Shown one piece after another: positions 1 to 11,079 of a stretch of DNA of 64,000 nt. Source of the stretch: Vulcanimicrobiota bacterium (lineage in GTDB: Bacteria; Vulcanimicrobiota; Vulcanimicrobiia; Vulcanimicrobiales; Vulcanimicrobiaceae); assembly GCA_963733295.1 (NCBI GenBank), contig CAVTCS010000003.1, positions 2,048,001-2,112,000 on the forward strand, written 5' to 3'. The notes under the pieces were generated by a model. The model had not been told where the DNA came from and did no database searches. It was given only the letters and a program-made list of their open reading frames with translations. Positions within the stretch are counted from its first letter, which is position 1. Every line of letters starts with the position of its first letter. The translations under genes were made by a program, and so were the position numbers.

Positions 1-322
1 CGATCGGACCGAGAGCACTCGTTTCACCCGAAAGCGCGACGATCTCAGCTGCCGGATGGCGCGGCAGAAGCGCGGCCGCGGTTGCGATCAGCACCCCCTC
101 GCGGAGATCGAAGCGGGGCTTGGGCGAACCGTCCAGCGCGTCGGTGCTTTCGCCGTCACGCCCGATCGAACACAACCCGAACGCTTTTCCCTGGTGCTGC
201 AGTGCGGCGCAAACGGCAGCGACGGTCACGGTCTTGCCGGCGTTTTTGCTCGTTCCGACGACCGCCAGCGAACGCGCTCCGGCGGCTCGCGCCCGGGCCA
301 GCAACGCGGCTCCCACGTCCAT
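1..322 (-). CDS. P-loop-like protein, possibly KamB-like (lysine fermentation accessory); runs off window edge
   Basis: Manual translation from ATG at 322: MDVGAALLARARAAGARSLAVVGTSKNAGKTVT...CSIGRDGESTDALDGSPKPR. The GxxKNxGKT and SIGRDGE..KP motifs are recalled from KamB-like proteins. Confidence 0.5.
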   Translation of the reverse strand, partial: MDVGAALLARARAAGARSLAVVGTSKNAGKTVTVAAVCAALQHQGKAFGLCSIGRDGESTDALDGSPKPRFDLREGVLIATAAALLPRHPAAEIVALSGETSALGPI

Positions 323-323
323 C

Positions 324-1661
324 TCAGCGCGCTTCGACGCGCTCGTAGCGCTCGACTCCGTCGACGTGCCGAACCAGCCGGTAACGGCCTTCGGCGACTT
401 CCTGCTCCAAGATCGGTACCAGGCGCTCGACCCAATAGGACGTCGCGTCTCTCCGATCGAGCAGAACTGCGCGTGGCGCACGGCCGAGGCCGAGCGAGGC
501 GTTCGGATCGAAGCCGAGGTGCGCGAATAACTCGTCATGGGTGCCGACATCGAGCGCCGGGGATAGTGCCGCAAGTTCCTGATCGACGATCCGATCGTGC
601 GAGCCGCGTACGCCCAGATAATGCCCCCAGTGCGTTGGGCTCGCGAAGACCAAATTCGCCACGCAGAGCGCGATCGCGGCGCGCTGCGCGAAGACGGCTA
701 CGCGCGAACGCTTCGCGTACAGGTGCGCGACGCCGAGCGCGAACGCGGCGAGCACGTAGCCGATCCACGGCGCTGCGTAGTGCTGTCCCATCGTATACGT
801 GACCGAATCGTGCGAGAACAAGCATTCGGCGAAGCCCGGCAACGCCAACAGAAAAAGCGGCGACAGCAAACAGACGAAGGCGAGCGGAACGAGCGCTTCG
901 AGGAAATAGGCCGGGCGCCCGATCGAGTACCACGGCGTGTTGCCCGCGTCGGCGTTGCTCTGCCAGGCGTAGAAGTGCAGCGGCGACCACGCTTCGGTCG
1001 CACCCGCGAGGGGCCGCACGAACGCGAAGAAGGCGACGAACGTTGCGAGCGAAAGCGCAAACGCGACCCCGGCAAAGCGCATCCCGGTGACTTCACGCGC
1101 ACGCGCGAAGTAGACGAACGCGAAGAGCGCTGCACACGCGAGGATCAACGCTTGATCTTCCTTGATGCAGAGCGCGAGTACGAGAAAGACCGCCGCGAGC
1201 CGGAAGCGGCGTGCGTCGACGGCCCAAATCAGCCAGAGCGTCACCGCCGGAGCGAAGACGTTCTCATGAAAATCCGCGAAAATGACGCCGGTCAGCGGTG
1301 GATAGAGCAGCCCGACCACTGCGACGCCGAGCGCGAGACCCTCCGGCAAGTGGCGCCGCGCGAACAGAAAGAGCGCGGGTCCCACCAGCGCTCCGCAGAC
1401 AGCCGCGATCGCGATGAGTGCGAGCGGTGAGTGCGTCGCGAGCAGCAGCGGTGCGCACAAGTAGAGAATCGGCGAGAAGTGCACCCTGAAATGGCTGCCG
1501 CCTTCGATCGTGTTGCTGAAGCCGTGGAAGACGCTCGCGATACTCTGCGTGAACAAGCCGAGATCGGCACCGGAATGGTACGTGTTATACCGGTTCGCCC
1601 CTAAAGCAAAGAGCACGACGGCGTACGCAGCGGCAGCGACCCAAATGCCGAGAGCATTCAC
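324..1661 (-). CDS. DUF2079 family integral membrane protein (GT-C-like)
   Basis: ADLGLFTQ, HFSPIL, DFHE and IKED motifs, many hydrophobic segments; GTG start overlaps the upstream gene's stop. Confidence 0.75.
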   Translation of the reverse strand: MNALGIWVAAAAYAVVLFALGANRYNTYHSGADLGLFTQSIASVFHGFSNTIEGGSHFRVHFSPILYLCAPLLLATHSPLALIAIAAVCGALVGPALFLFARRHLPEGLALGVAVVGLLYPPLTGVIFADFHENVFAPAVTLWLIWAVDARRFRLAAVFLVLALCIKEDQALILACAALFAFVYFARAREVTGMRFAGVAFALSLATFVAFFAFVRPLAGATEAWSPLHFYAWQSNADAGNTPWYSIGRPAYFLEALVPLAFVCLLSPLFLLALPGFAECLFSHDSVTYTMGQHYAAPWIGYVLAAFALGVAHLYAKRSRVAVFAQRAAIALCVANLVFASPTHWGHYLGVRGSHDRIVDQELAALSPALDVGTHDELFAHLGFDPNASLGLGRAPRAVLLDRRDATSYWVERLVPILEQEVAEGRYRLVRHVDGVERYERVEAR

Positions 1662-2218
1662 GCGATGCCGGCGTATTTCAGCGCGGCAAACAACGCCCCC
1701 GTGGCAACCAGCACGATCCCTGCGGTCAACGCGGCCCGCGTTCCAACGAGCAGCCCTAACCTCCGGCCGAAGGCGAGTCCGAGCGTCGACGCTAGGATCG
1801 AGGCAAACGCGATCGCGCTGACCGTCTCCCAAAGCGGTACGCGGATGTAGATCACCGAGAAGCCGATGCCGAGCGAGTCGAGACTGATCGAAAGTGAAGC
1901 GACGACAAGGCCCCAACCGGAAGCCAAGTTCAAACCGCCTTTGGCTTCGTTGGTCGTATCGAAGATCATGTACGACCCGACGGCGACCAGCGCGGCAAAG
2001 CCCAGATATCCCGCGATCGCGCCGAAGAGCTCGCCCACGAGTGCGCCGAGACCCACCCCGATCAACGTCATCGCGATTTCGGCTGTGGCGAACGAGAGGG
2101 CGATTCGAACGCGCTGGGGACGGGTCAGGGGTTGCATGCCGACGCCGACGCACACGGCGAATACATCGAGCGCGAGCGATCCGGCGAGCAGCACCACGCG
2201 CCATGTGATGGAGACCAT
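1658..2218 (-). CDS. mntP: Manganese efflux pump MntP family
   Basis: SLALDVFAV and SISLDSLGIG repeats, 186 aa, about 6 TM segments. Confidence 0.85.
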   Translation of the reverse strand: MVSITWRVVLLAGSLALDVFAVCVGVGMQPLTRPQRVRIALSFATAEIAMTLIGVGLGALVGELFGAIAGYLGFAALVAVGSYMIFDTTNEAKGGLNLASGWGLVVASLSISLDSLGIGFSVIYIRVPLWETVSAIAFASILASTLGLAFGRRLGLLVGTRAALTAGIVLVATGALFAALKYAGIA

Positions 2219-2294
2219 TTCAGCCGCACTACGGCCGGAGCCGCTAGGTTCCCTCGAAGGCCGCCGTTACGGACCGTCGAACGCGCAATTCTCG

Positions 2295-3188
2295 ATGGCC
2301 GTCATCGACAAGCTTCTCGCGCCGGATTCAGCCTTTCAGCGGCGCTTCTTCTTTCTTGCGAAGCGCTTCGTGGCCGGCGAAACCATCGACTCGGCCCTCG
2401 CTACGGTTGCCGCGCTGAATTCCGAGGGATTGAGTGCGTCGCTCGATTTCCTCGGGGAGGACGTCGTGCGGCCCGAGGAGGCGCAACACACGCGCGACAC
2501 GTATCTCGCCACGCTCGCCGCGATCGAACGCAACAGCGTCCGCACCAACGTTTCGCTCAAACTGACGGCGCTGGGTCTTTTGGTCGACGAGGAAATGTGC
2601 CTGCGCTACCTGGATGAGATCCTGACGCGAGCCTCGACGCTGCCCGACCCGTTCGTGCGCATCGACATGGAGGGCTCGAGCGTCACCGACGCGACCCTTC
2701 GGGTCTTCGAGCGCGCCTTCGCCCGGCACGACAACGTCGGCATCGTGCTGCAAGCGTACCTGCGGCGAACGCCGCAAGACCTCGAGCACGCAATCGCTCT
2801 CCGCGCGCGCGTACGGCTGTGCAAAGGCGCGTACAACGAACCGGTCGAGATCGCGTATCCCGACATGGCTTCGATCCGGCGCGAATTTCTTCGCTCGGCC
2901 GAAGCGCTGCTCACGCGTGGGAAGTACCCGGGCATCGCGACGCACGACGAGCGCCTGATCGCCGCCATCAGGCGATTAATCGGCGAACGCTCCATCTCGC
3001 CCGACGCGTTTGAGTTTCAGATGCTCTACGGCGTCCGTCCCGATCTGCAGCGCGAGCTGGTGCGAGACGGGTACAACGTACGCGTCTACGTCCCGTTCGG
3101 GACGCACTGGGCCGGCTATTTCTACCGCCGCATCACCGAGCGCAAAGAGAACGCCCTCTTCGCCCTCCGCTCAATCTTCGCACGCTAA
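2295..3188 (+). CDS. Monofunctional proline dehydrogenase
   Basis: RIDME, VRLCKGAY, IATHD, FQMLYG and RVYVPFG motifs; ATG at 2295. Confidence 0.92.
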   Translation: MAVIDKLLAPDSAFQRRFFFLAKRFVAGETIDSALATVAALNSEGLSASLDFLGEDVVRPEEAQHTRDTYLATLAAIERNSVRTNVSLKLTALGLLVDEEMCLRYLDEILTRASTLPDPFVRIDMEGSSVTDATLRVFERAFARHDNVGIVLQAYLRRTPQDLEHAIALRARVRLCKGAYNEPVEIAYPDMASIRREFLRSAEALLTRGKYPGIATHDERLIAAIRRLIGERSISPDAFEFQMLYGVRPDLQRELVRDGYNVRVYVPFGTHWAGYFYRRITERKENALFALRSIFAR

Positions 3189-3197
3189 AGCCGCGAG

Positions 3198-4660
3198 TCA
3201 ACCGTCGAGGAGCTGCTCGACTCGAAGCATGCGGTCGCTTTCGACTAAGCGTCCGAGGACGTCGAAGCCGTCGGTGACTTCGCCGAATACCGTGAAGTCT
3301 CGATCGAGATTGAGCTGCGGTGAGAGCGTGATGTAGAATTGCCCTCCGCCCGAGTCGCGCGACGCATGACCGTTCGTGTATTCGAGGGCCATCGCGATGA
3401 CACCCGAGCGCTGCTCGACCGGGTTCATTTCGCCGCGAATCGTAAAGCCGGCATCTCCGTCGATGTTGTTGTGCGGGTCGCCCGTCTGTACGACGAAATC
3501 CGGAACGACGCGGTACCAGCGCTCGCCGTCGAAGTATCCGGCATTTGCGAGGCGCAAAAAGTTCGCGACGGTGAAAGGCGCCCACTCGGGATAGAGGCGC
3601 AGGATGACGTCACCCTTCGTCGTGATGATGCGTACTCGCGGATGCGAACCGGACATCGGACCGTTCATGCCGAGCGCAGTCGAAGGCGCGTAGAGCGGGG
3701 CGTAGGTGATGTCGTCAACGCCGGGCGCTGCGGGCTTCCGCGGCGGCGAATGCGGCAGCGGCGGCTCGCGCGGCGGAGGGGACGGTTGCGGCGTGGCCAC
3801 GTGCAGCCCGGGCGGCTGCGCCTTCAAATCGGTCGTGAGCGGCTCTTTAGCAAGTTGGTGCAATGCTTCGCGGACTTGGAGCTGCACGCGCCATGAGGGA
3901 TCGTCGAGCAGCGGGCGCAGCAGCTCCGCGGCGTCCGGATCGGCGCGTTTCCCCCACGCCCGGACGGCCTCGATGCGCACGAGATCGCTCGTGTCGTGGA
4001 GACCCGTGAGCAGAACGTTGCGGTCGGCCACCGTGGCGTAGCCCCGGAAAAGGGCCCACATCTCGTGCCAGCGCACGTCCGCATCCCGCTCGGCCATAAA
4101 CTGCCGCCCGAGGGCCGCGGCCAGAGTGGCACTCGATGGAGTCGTTCCGAAAACGTCGGTGTTTGCCGCCGCATGGCCGCGGACGGTGAGATCTTTGTCG
4201 GCGAGCGCCGCCTCGAGCTGGGCCGCGAGCGCCGGCGTGCCAAGAGTCGCGTCAGCCCCCACGATCCGGCCGATGGCGTCGAGCGCTGCGTAGCGCACCG
4301 CCGAGTTCTGATCGTCTGTGGCCAGGGAACCGAGGGCGGCGGCAGAGTCGGAATCCAGCAAAAGGCCCAACGAATAGGCCGCCATGGCCCTCACGCGCGG
4401 GTCGGAGGCTCGCAGCAGGGGGCGCAGGAGAGGACGGCTCTCGGGACTCCCGATGCGTCCCAAAGCCAGCGCGGCCCGAGCCGCGAGGTCCGGATTAGAC
4501 GATGTCAGCAGAGCCGTCAGGGCCGGATCCGACTTTTTTGACAGCTCGGAGCTCACGATAGTCTGCAAGGGGCCGCTCGGTGCCGCTTGGGCGGCCGTCA
4601 CGCTCGCGACCGTGAGTGCGCTCAAAAAGAAAAGGGTAAGCTTTCGAACGGTTCCACCAA
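3198..4660 (-). CDS. Secreted HEAT-repeat / cyclophilin-type peptidyl-prolyl isomerase
   Basis: Signal-like N-terminus, HEAT_2 repeats (VRAMAAYSLG, VRYAALDAIG), C-terminal APFTVANF, RVVPDFVVQTGDP, FTVFGEV; start uncertain. Confidence 0.85.
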
Positions 4661-4775
4661 CTTTCGGGACCTCGTCTGCGTTGAATATTGACAGGCGTCC
4701 TATCTCCGCCCCTCTTAGGCGAAGCAACCGCGCCCAACAAAACAGCAACAAATTAGGGAAGGTAGTCGAAACAAA

Positions 4776-5111
4776 TTGTCTACATCCAAGCGCAAGAGCG
4801 GCGGGATGACGGTCCGCGAAGCCGGCCAAAAAGGCGGCGAGACCGTTAAGCTCAAGTACGGCCCGGAGTTCTACGAAACCATTGGGCGTAAGGGCGGCGA
4901 AGCCACCAAGCTCGCGCACGGCCACGAATTCTACGAACAGATCGGCAAGAAGGGCGGCAAGAAAGGTGGCGAAGCAACTCGCGACCGTTATGGCCCGTCA
5001 TTCTACGAGGAGATCGGTCAAAAGGGCGGGCAAAAGGTCAAGCAATTGATCGAGGAAGGCAAAAAAGCTGCAGCAGCCGCCGCCGAAGCGAGCGCCAAAA
5101 AAGCCTCGTAG
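4776..5111 (+). CDS. KGG-repeat general stress protein (GsiB/Em-like)
   Basis: Repeated FYE(E/Q/T)IG(R/K/Q)KGG units. Confidence 0.9.
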   Translation: MSTSKRKSGGMTVREAGQKGGETVKLKYGPEFYETIGRKGGEATKLAHGHEFYEQIGKKGGKKGGEATRDRYGPSFYEEIGQKGGQKVKQLIEEGKKAAAAAAEASAKKAS

Positions 5112-5121
5112 TCCGATTGGC

Positions 5122-5979
5122 TTGAGTGTGCGCGGCTCAGCCGCGCTGCTCGCCGTCATTTCGTTCGCGGCGTTCTTCGGGACACCGCACTCGAGCAGTG
5201 CGATTCCGGCTCCCGAAGCGGAGCCGCAGCCGCACGGAAAACAAAGTCCGAGCCCGGCACCAACGGCAACGGTCTTCGGCATTTTGCCGGTCGGGTCCGA
5301 CATCTATTTTGTCTTGGACGATGAGTTGAGTTCGGCCAAGAGCAAGCCCGGAACGATCGTGCAAGCTCACCTCAGAGATGCGCTCGTCGTCGGCGGCATG
5401 ACGCTCGCACCGGCCGGCACGCCCCTGTCGATCGAAGTCCTGAGCACGCGTCACAAAGGCGTGGACGAGCAGATGGGCATCGTGCAAGTCCACGTCGAGC
5501 CGCTGCAACTTCCGGGCATTGGTTTGCTTCCGGTTCGAGCGCCGAACGAATATCTCACGATCGAAATGACCGGCGGCCAAGTCGCCACGCAAGCCAGCGC
5601 CGACACCGTCGGAGACATTTTCATACCCTACTATCCGATCTTCCAGATCCTGCGGCCGGGGCACGACTTCGTTCTGCCCAAAGGCGCGGTCTTTCGCGCC
5701 GAAACGACCGCTGCGATCGACGCTCGCAATCGCGCCGCCGTCGTCATAGCGACGCCGCCGCCGATCGTCACGAACTTCGATCCGCCGCACGCCGACTTCC
5801 GCCCGGTGCCGCTGTACACCGCACCGCCGACGCCGAGCCCGAAACCAACGCCGACTCGGAAGCCGCCGACCCCGAGCCCGGAGCCGACGGGCAGCCCGTC
5901 GCCGCACCCGACGGCGTCCCCGTCGCCGGCGCCTTCTCCGCTGGCCTCACCGACAGGGAGCCCGACTCCGCCAACGTAG
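5122..5979 (+). CDS. Secreted hypothetical protein with Pro/Ser/Thr-rich C-terminal tail
   Basis: Signal peptide, beta-rich domain (LSSAKSKPG...PAGT), PTPSP repeats. Confidence 0.65.
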   Translation: MSVRGSAALLAVISFAAFFGTPHSSSAIPAPEAEPQPHGKQSPSPAPTATVFGILPVGSDIYFVLDDELSSAKSKPGTIVQAHLRDALVVGGMTLAPAGTPLSIEVLSTRHKGVDEQMGIVQVHVEPLQLPGIGLLPVRAPNEYLTIEMTGGQVATQASADTVGDIFIPYYPIFQILRPGHDFVLPKGAVFRAETTAAIDARNRAAVVIATPPPIVTNFDPPHADFRPVPLYTAPPTPSPKPTPTRKPPTPSPEPTGSPSPHPTASPSPAPSPLASPTGSPTPPT

Positions 5980-5988
5980 AGCGTGAGC

Positions 5989-6660
5989 ATGAAGAAATTT
6001 TTCGTACTCTGCGCGACTCTGGCACTGGCTCCGGTACTTGCCGGCGCGCAGGGCATGTCCCCGACGCCCAAGCCCGACGAACACGCGATGGGCACCGAAG
6101 TCGCTTTCGTCTCGACGATCACGAACGATCTGCAGACGCGCTTCCCGACGCCGGCCAGCGCCAACAGGGCCGGCTACGTTCGTTTTACCGATGAAGACAA
6201 CACGGGCGCGATCAGCTACGCGAATCGAAAGTGGACGAGCAGCGACCCCGCCCACCCCAGTCAGCTCTGGTACGACGTCTACGGCCGCCTAATCGGTGCG
6301 GACTACTCGGTGCTTCAATCGGATTCACCGACGGCGCCGAAGCTCTGGGGCGTCGATCCGGGTCGCTGGGACCTGTTCCGGGCGCACGTGCACTACGGCC
6401 TGGTCGGACCGAACGGCACCACGATCTACGGCGGGCTCGGCCCCAAATCACTCGAGGCCGTTGGCGCGACGGTAGATACCGCAACCGCCGCCACGATCGT
6501 CGCCGCGGGAAAAGCGAAAAAGACGAGCGACGTGCGCTTTCTCTTCACGTTCCCCGCGATTTGGGATCTCCAAGTCTGGCTGATTCCCAATCCCAACGGT
6601 GCGTTCGCGGAAAAGAACCCCAACGTGACGCCGTCGAGCGGCGCCAAGATGCAGATGTAA
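5989..6660 (+). CDS. Secreted hypothetical protein
   Basis: MKKFF signal peptide ending AGA-Q; follows the upstream gene closely. Confidence 0.7.
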   Translation: MKKFFVLCATLALAPVLAGAQGMSPTPKPDEHAMGTEVAFVSTITNDLQTRFPTPASANRAGYVRFTDEDNTGAISYANRKWTSSDPAHPSQLWYDVYGRLIGADYSVLQSDSPTAPKLWGVDPGRWDLFRAHVHYGLVGPNGTTIYGGLGPKSLEAVGATVDTATAATIVAAGKAKKTSDVRFLFTFPAIWDLQVWLIPNPNGAFAEKNPNVTPSSGAKMQM

Positions 6661-6667
6661 CTGGTCC

Positions 6668-7840
6668 CTACTCGGACGACCAGTAGTCTTTCAGCGCTTT
6701 TCCGCGTGAGGGGTGGCGTAGTTTGCGGAGCGCCTTGGCTTCTATTTGGCGGATGCGCTCGCGCGTCACGCCGAACTCTTGACCGACTTCCTCGAGCGTG
6801 CGCTGATGCCCGTCCTCGAGACCGAAGCGCAGCACGAGTACCTTCCGCTCGCGCTCCGTCAGGTTCTTGAGGACGTCAGCCATCTTCTCTTTGAGCAGCA
6901 TGACCGAAGCGGCCTCCGCAGGTGCGACGGCCTCTTGATCTTCGATGAAGTCGCCGAGATGCGAATCTTCCTCTTCGCCGATCGGGGTCTCGAGTGAGAT
7001 CGGTTCTTGCGAGATCTTGATGACCTCGCGCACCTTCTCCGGCGTCAGACCCATCTCGTGCGCGATCTCCTCGACCGTCGGATCGCGACCCAATTCTTGG
7101 AGCAGCTGGCGTGAAATCTTGATCGAGCGGTTGATCGTCTCGACCATGTGCACCGGGATCCGAATCGTGCGCGCCTGATCGGCCAGCGCGCGGGTGATCG
7201 CTTGACGGATCCACCACGTCGCGTAGGTCGAGAACTTGTAGCCCTTGCGATAGTCGAATTTTTCAACCGCGCGGATCAACCCGAGATTCCCCTCCTGGAT
7301 CAAGTCCAAGAAGAGCATGCCGCGGCCGACGTACTTTTTCGCGATCGAAACCACGAGCCGTAAATTCGCTTCGGTGAGTTTTCGTTTGGCCTCGGCGCCG
7401 GCATCGATGACGGCATTGCGAGCCAGGCCATTTTTCTGGGCCTCGAGTTCGCCTGCTTCGATCGCCATCGCCAAGCGCTTTTCGTCGTCCATCGAGAGGA
7501 GCGGAACGCGTCCGATTTCCTTGAGGTACATGCGGACCGGATCGTCGAGCGAAAGCCCTGCAGGCAGCGTGTCGGCGGCGTTCTCCTCAGCACCGTCCTG
7601 CGCCGGTTTCTCTTCCTTCTGCTCGTCGACGATCTCGATGCTCATCGCAGCGATCTCCTCGAAGAGCTCGTCGATGCGCTCGGGGTTGACGTCTTCGACG
7701 TTTTCGAAAACCGCATTGATTTCTTCATAGGTCAGCGATCCGCGTTTCTTTCCGCGCTCCATCAGCTTCTTGATCGCTTCCTCGAGCGATGGGGCGTTCG
7801 CAGCGTCCGCGACCGGTGCTGCGGTTTTCTTGCGTGCCAT
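6668..7840 (-). CDS. rpoD: RNA polymerase primary sigma factor
   Basis: Region 1.1, [52 protein letters not shown]. Confidence 0.98.
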   Translation of the reverse strand: MARKKTAAPVADAANAPSLEEAIKKLMERGKKRGSLTYEEINAVFENVEDVNPERIDELFEEIAAMSIEIVDEQKEEKPAQDGAEENAADTLPAGLSLDDPVRMYLKEIGRVPLLSMDDEKRLAMAIEAGELEAQKNGLARNAVIDAGAEAKRKLTEANLRLVVSIAKKYVGRGMLFLDLIQEGNLGLIRAVEKFDYRKGYKFSTYATWWIRQAITRALADQARTIRIPVHMVETINRSIKISRQLLQELGRDPTVEEIAHEMGLTPEKVREVIKISQEPISLETPIGEEEDSHLGDFIEDQEAVAPAEAASVMLLKEKMADVLKNLTERERKVLVLRFGLEDGHQRTLEEVGQEFGVTRERIRQIEAKALRKLRHPSRGKALKDYWSSE

Positions 7841-7872
7841 GTCTTTCTAACTCACCTCCTCTCCGTATGTCG

Positions 7873-9681
7873 TCACGAGTGCGTCCCTAAACGCTTGGCT
7901 CTCCTGCGGTCCCGTTCTTCTACGAGCTTCCGGTATTCGGCTCTTTCGGCTTCCGGAATCGGCTCGCCGGACGCCAGCCGAGCGTCGATCGTGATCTCGA
8001 ACTCTTTTAGTCTCTGGTCGAGGCCGCTCTCGTTAAGAACCTCAAGGATGCGGTCGAGATGCGCTCGGCGCTCTGCCGAGTCCTGGAATCTCACCTTGGA
8101 CGAGCGGTCCGCCTGCTGCAGCGTGACGAGGGTGTCGACGGCTTCCCGATCGTCGCCGAAGCTCGCGAACACGTCAGAAGTGGCGACGAGCTCACCCTTG
8201 CGCCCAACGAGCGTCTGGTAGATCCGGCCGTAGCGCTCGTCCTTGAACATTTCTTGCGGGATTTTCCCCGCGTATTCCGCCACGAGGGCCGGCTCGTCCA
8301 GCAGCGTCATCAAGACGTCCCGTTCGAGCCCCAGCGGCTGCGCCGCCGGCGCCGCGTGCCGCACGAAGCGAGCACCGCTTGCGTCGCGCGGAGCAAAATT
8401 CGCCGGATTCGCGACGAAGCGGCTCTTCCGCAGATCGTCCGGCGCGAGTCCCAGTGCGTTCGCCACGTAAACGCGCCAGCGGTCCCATTCCTCTCGCGGA
8501 AGTGCACGCACCCTCAGTTCGGCGTCCCGCGCCGCCTGAGCCGGCGGCAGATTCTTGGCCCGTAGCACCGCGATCTCGCGGTCCAGCTTGAACTGGACAA
8601 ACAGCACCGCCCCGTCCAAGAGTTTTTGAAATGCCGGGGAGCCGTGCGAGCGCACGAACGAATCGGGATCCTCGCCTGCGGGCAGCTCGACAACGTACGG
8701 GAGACAACCGGCAGCTATCAACACGTCGATCGACTTGTCGGTTGCAGCTCCGCCGGCCGCGTCTGCGTCGAAACACAGGAAGATCCGCTCGGCGACCTTG
8801 CGCAACTGCGTCGCTTGCTCGGGAGTAAAGGCGGTTCCGAGCGAGGCCACCGCATTCGCAAAGCCCGCTTGGTGCAAGGCGATGCAGTCGAGGTAGCCCT
8901 CGACGACGATCAGCGCGTCCTGCTCGCCGACCGCGCGACGTGCGCGCTCGAGCGCGAAAAGCCCGCGCCCCTTCGTATACACCGGAGTCGTCGAGGTGTT
9001 GAGATACTTCGGCTCGCTTGCGTCCAGCGCGCGGCCGCCGAACGCCACCACCTCGCCGGTCGTCGCATAGGTCGGGATCATCAGGCGCGCGCGATAGAAG
9101 TCGTAGTAGCCGTGCTGTCCTTGCTTGACAAGCCCCGCCTTCGCGGCGAGCGCGAGATCGACGCCGTTGGCACTCAGTTCGCGGACGAGCCCGTCCCACT
9201 GCGGCGGCGCGAAACCCAACTTGAACGATTCGATCGTCGCAGCCGAAAGGCCACGCTCGGCGCAATAGGAACGCGCCGGCTCGGCTTCGGGCGCGAGCCG
9301 CAGGAGCCGGTGGAAAAACGAGGCAGCGAGGTCGTTGGCCGCGTAAATTTGTTCTTTTTCGCTACGCACGCGCGCGGCCGCAGGCGTCTCGGGCTCGAGT
9401 TCGATTCCGACGCGTTTGGCGAGCGTGCGCGCCGCCTCGGGGAAGGGCACGTTCTCGAGAAGCTGCACGAATTTTATCGCGTCCCCGCCTTGGCCGCATC
9501 CGAAGCACTTGAAGAAGCCGCGATCCGGATGGACGTGGAACGAGGGCGTCTTCTCGCCGTGAAACGGGCACAACCCGACGAGGTCGCGTCCGCGCTTGGT
9601 GAGCTGGACGTAGCCGCCGATGAGCGTCCCGATGTCGGTTCGAGCGAGGATCTCGCGAATCTGGGTTGGGTCGAGGCGCAC
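7873..9681 (-). CDS. dnaG: DNA primase
   Basis: CPFHGEKTPSF zinc finger, KYLN, VEGYLD and DAD Toprim motifs; upstream of rpoD. Confidence 0.97.
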   Translation of the reverse strand: MRLDPTQIREILARTDIGTLIGGYVQLTKRGRDLVGLCPFHGEKTPSFHVHPDRGFFKCFGCGQGGDAIKFVQLLENVPFPEAARTLAKRVGIELEPETPAAARVRSEKEQIYAANDLAASFFHRLLRLAPEAEPARSYCAERGLSAATIESFKLGFAPPQWDGLVRELSANGVDLALAAKAGLVKQGQHGYYDFYRARLMIPTYATTGEVVAFGGRALDASEPKYLNTSTTPVYTKGRGLFALERARRAVGEQDALIVVEGYLDCIALHQAGFANAVASLGTAFTPEQATQLRKVAERIFLCFDADAAGGAATDKSIDVLIAAGCLPYVVELPAGEDPDSFVRSHGSPAFQKLLDGAVLFVQFKLDREIAVLRAKNLPPAQAARDAELRVRALPREEWDRWRVYVANALGLAPDDLRKSRFVANPANFAPRDASGARFVRHAAPAAQPLGLERDVLMTLLDEPALVAEYAGKIPQEMFKDERYGRIYQTLVGRKGELVATSDVFASFGDDREAVDTLVTLQQADRSSKVRFQDSAERRAHLDRILEVLNESGLDQRLKEFEITIDARLASGEPIPEAERAEYRKLVEERDRRRAKRLGTHS

Positions 9682-9689
9682 GAAGTTCT

Positions 9690-10991
9690 TTAGACTTTCC
9701 CCGCGGTGTGCAATGTCCGGTAGATCGTGACGATGAGCGAGCCGACCCCGTCTTCTTTCGCGTTCGGCTGGCTGTTCAACCCGACGGCGATGACGGCGTC
9801 CGATTTCGGGATCCAGCAGTAGACCATGCGGTACCCTAGCGTTTCGCCTTCGTAATACCAAAACGTTCCGATTCCCGCCACCGTAGTTTGCCCGACGCCA
9901 AGCCCGAATCCGCGAGAGTCGCTCGCGTTCGTGCTGGCGATCGGCTTACCGGTCTTGTTGGAGACGATGGTCATCAGCTCGGTGCGTTGCTTCGGGGCGA
10001 GCAGGTCGCCTTCGTACAAGCGGCGCGACCAATAGGTCACGTCTTCGGGTTTGGAAATGATGCCGCCGGCTCCGCGGGCCCAGGAGAGGCTGAAGTTGCG
10101 CACGTCGCGTCCGACAAAGGCTTTGAACGGCGCGTTGTCGGGATCGGTGTTGAAAAAGTAGCCCGAAACCGTTCGCTGGAGGATCGACGCCGGATACAAA
10201 CTGGGTTCGTAATACGTGTTCGACAGCTTCGGGTCGCTAAGGAAGCGCCGCTCGATTTCGCTCTGATACGAGTGACCCGTGACCCGTTCGATGATCATTT
10301 CCGCGAGAATGTAGTTCGTGTTCGAATACGACCACCCGGTCGTCGGTTTGGGCGCTCCCGGGCGGTTCGGATAGACGGAGCCCACGAGTTCGGCCGTCGT
10401 AAACGTGCGATACGGATTCTTCACCATCTCGGAGATGATCGCGGGCTCGACATCGTACTCCGGAATCCCGCTGGTCATGTTGAGGAGCCGCCGGATGCGA
10501 ACGTTCTTCCAGGCGGGATATTGGGGCAGCCAGTCCCCGACGCTCTGCTCGATGTTGAGCTTGCCTTCGGCCTCGAGCTGCAGGATCGTCACCGCAGTGA
10601 AGGCCTTCGTGTTGCTGCCGATCTGATAGAGGTTGTCCGGCGTGATAGGGACGCTTCCGCCGTACTGGGTCTTCCCGGCGACGACGTTGATATTTTGCGT
10701 CGCGTCCTTCAGGTTGATACTCAACGAAACGGCCGAAATGTGTTCGACGTTAGCGCGCGTCGCGAGATACTTGGAGAGGTCCGCCTTGAGCGAAGCCTGC
10801 AGCGAGGCGTCGTCACCCCAGGCGGGTGCCGCGAGCAGCACGCAAGCAAGAACGATCGCGACCGGAAATCTCAAACTAAAACTCCGTGTGGGTGCCGGGC
10901 TCTTGGGGTTCCACCGCGCGGCTAAAGGCCCCTCGGCGGCGCGCTGCGGGCCCCATGTGAACGTCGGACGGCGCGCGAAGAGAGCACGCAT
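9690..10991 (-). CDS. Serine hydrolase (beta-lactamase / D-Ala-D-Ala carboxypeptidase family), secreted
   Basis: IGSNTK (SxxK), LLNMTSG, YSNTNY; start uncertain. Confidence 0.85.
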   Translation of the reverse strand: MRALFARRPTFTWGPQRAAEGPLAARWNPKSPAPTRSFSLRFPVAIVLACVLLAAPAWGDDASLQASLKADLSKYLATRANVEHISAVSLSINLKDATQNINVVAGKTQYGGSVPITPDNLYQIGSNTKAFTAVTILQLEAEGKLNIEQSVGDWLPQYPAWKNVRIRRLLNMTSGIPEYDVEPAIISEMVKNPYRTFTTAELVGSVYPNRPGAPKPTTGWSYSNTNYILAEMIIERVTGHSYQSEIERRFLSDPKLSNTYYEPSLYPASILQRTVSGYFFNTDPDNAPFKAFVGRDVRNFSLSWARGAGGIISKPEDVTYWSRRLYEGDLLAPKQRTELMTIVSNKTGKPIASTNASDSRGFGLGVGQTTVAGIGTFWYYEGETLGYRMVYCWIPKSDAVIAVGLNSQPNAKEDGVGSLIVTIYRTLHTAGKV

Positions 10992-11079
10992 GACCTCGCC
11001 GCACCGATCGTCGTGAAGCGCATCTTCGATCCGCGCGCGCCTGGCACAGCTTGCGTCGCTCAATTCTCACGCGCCGGAC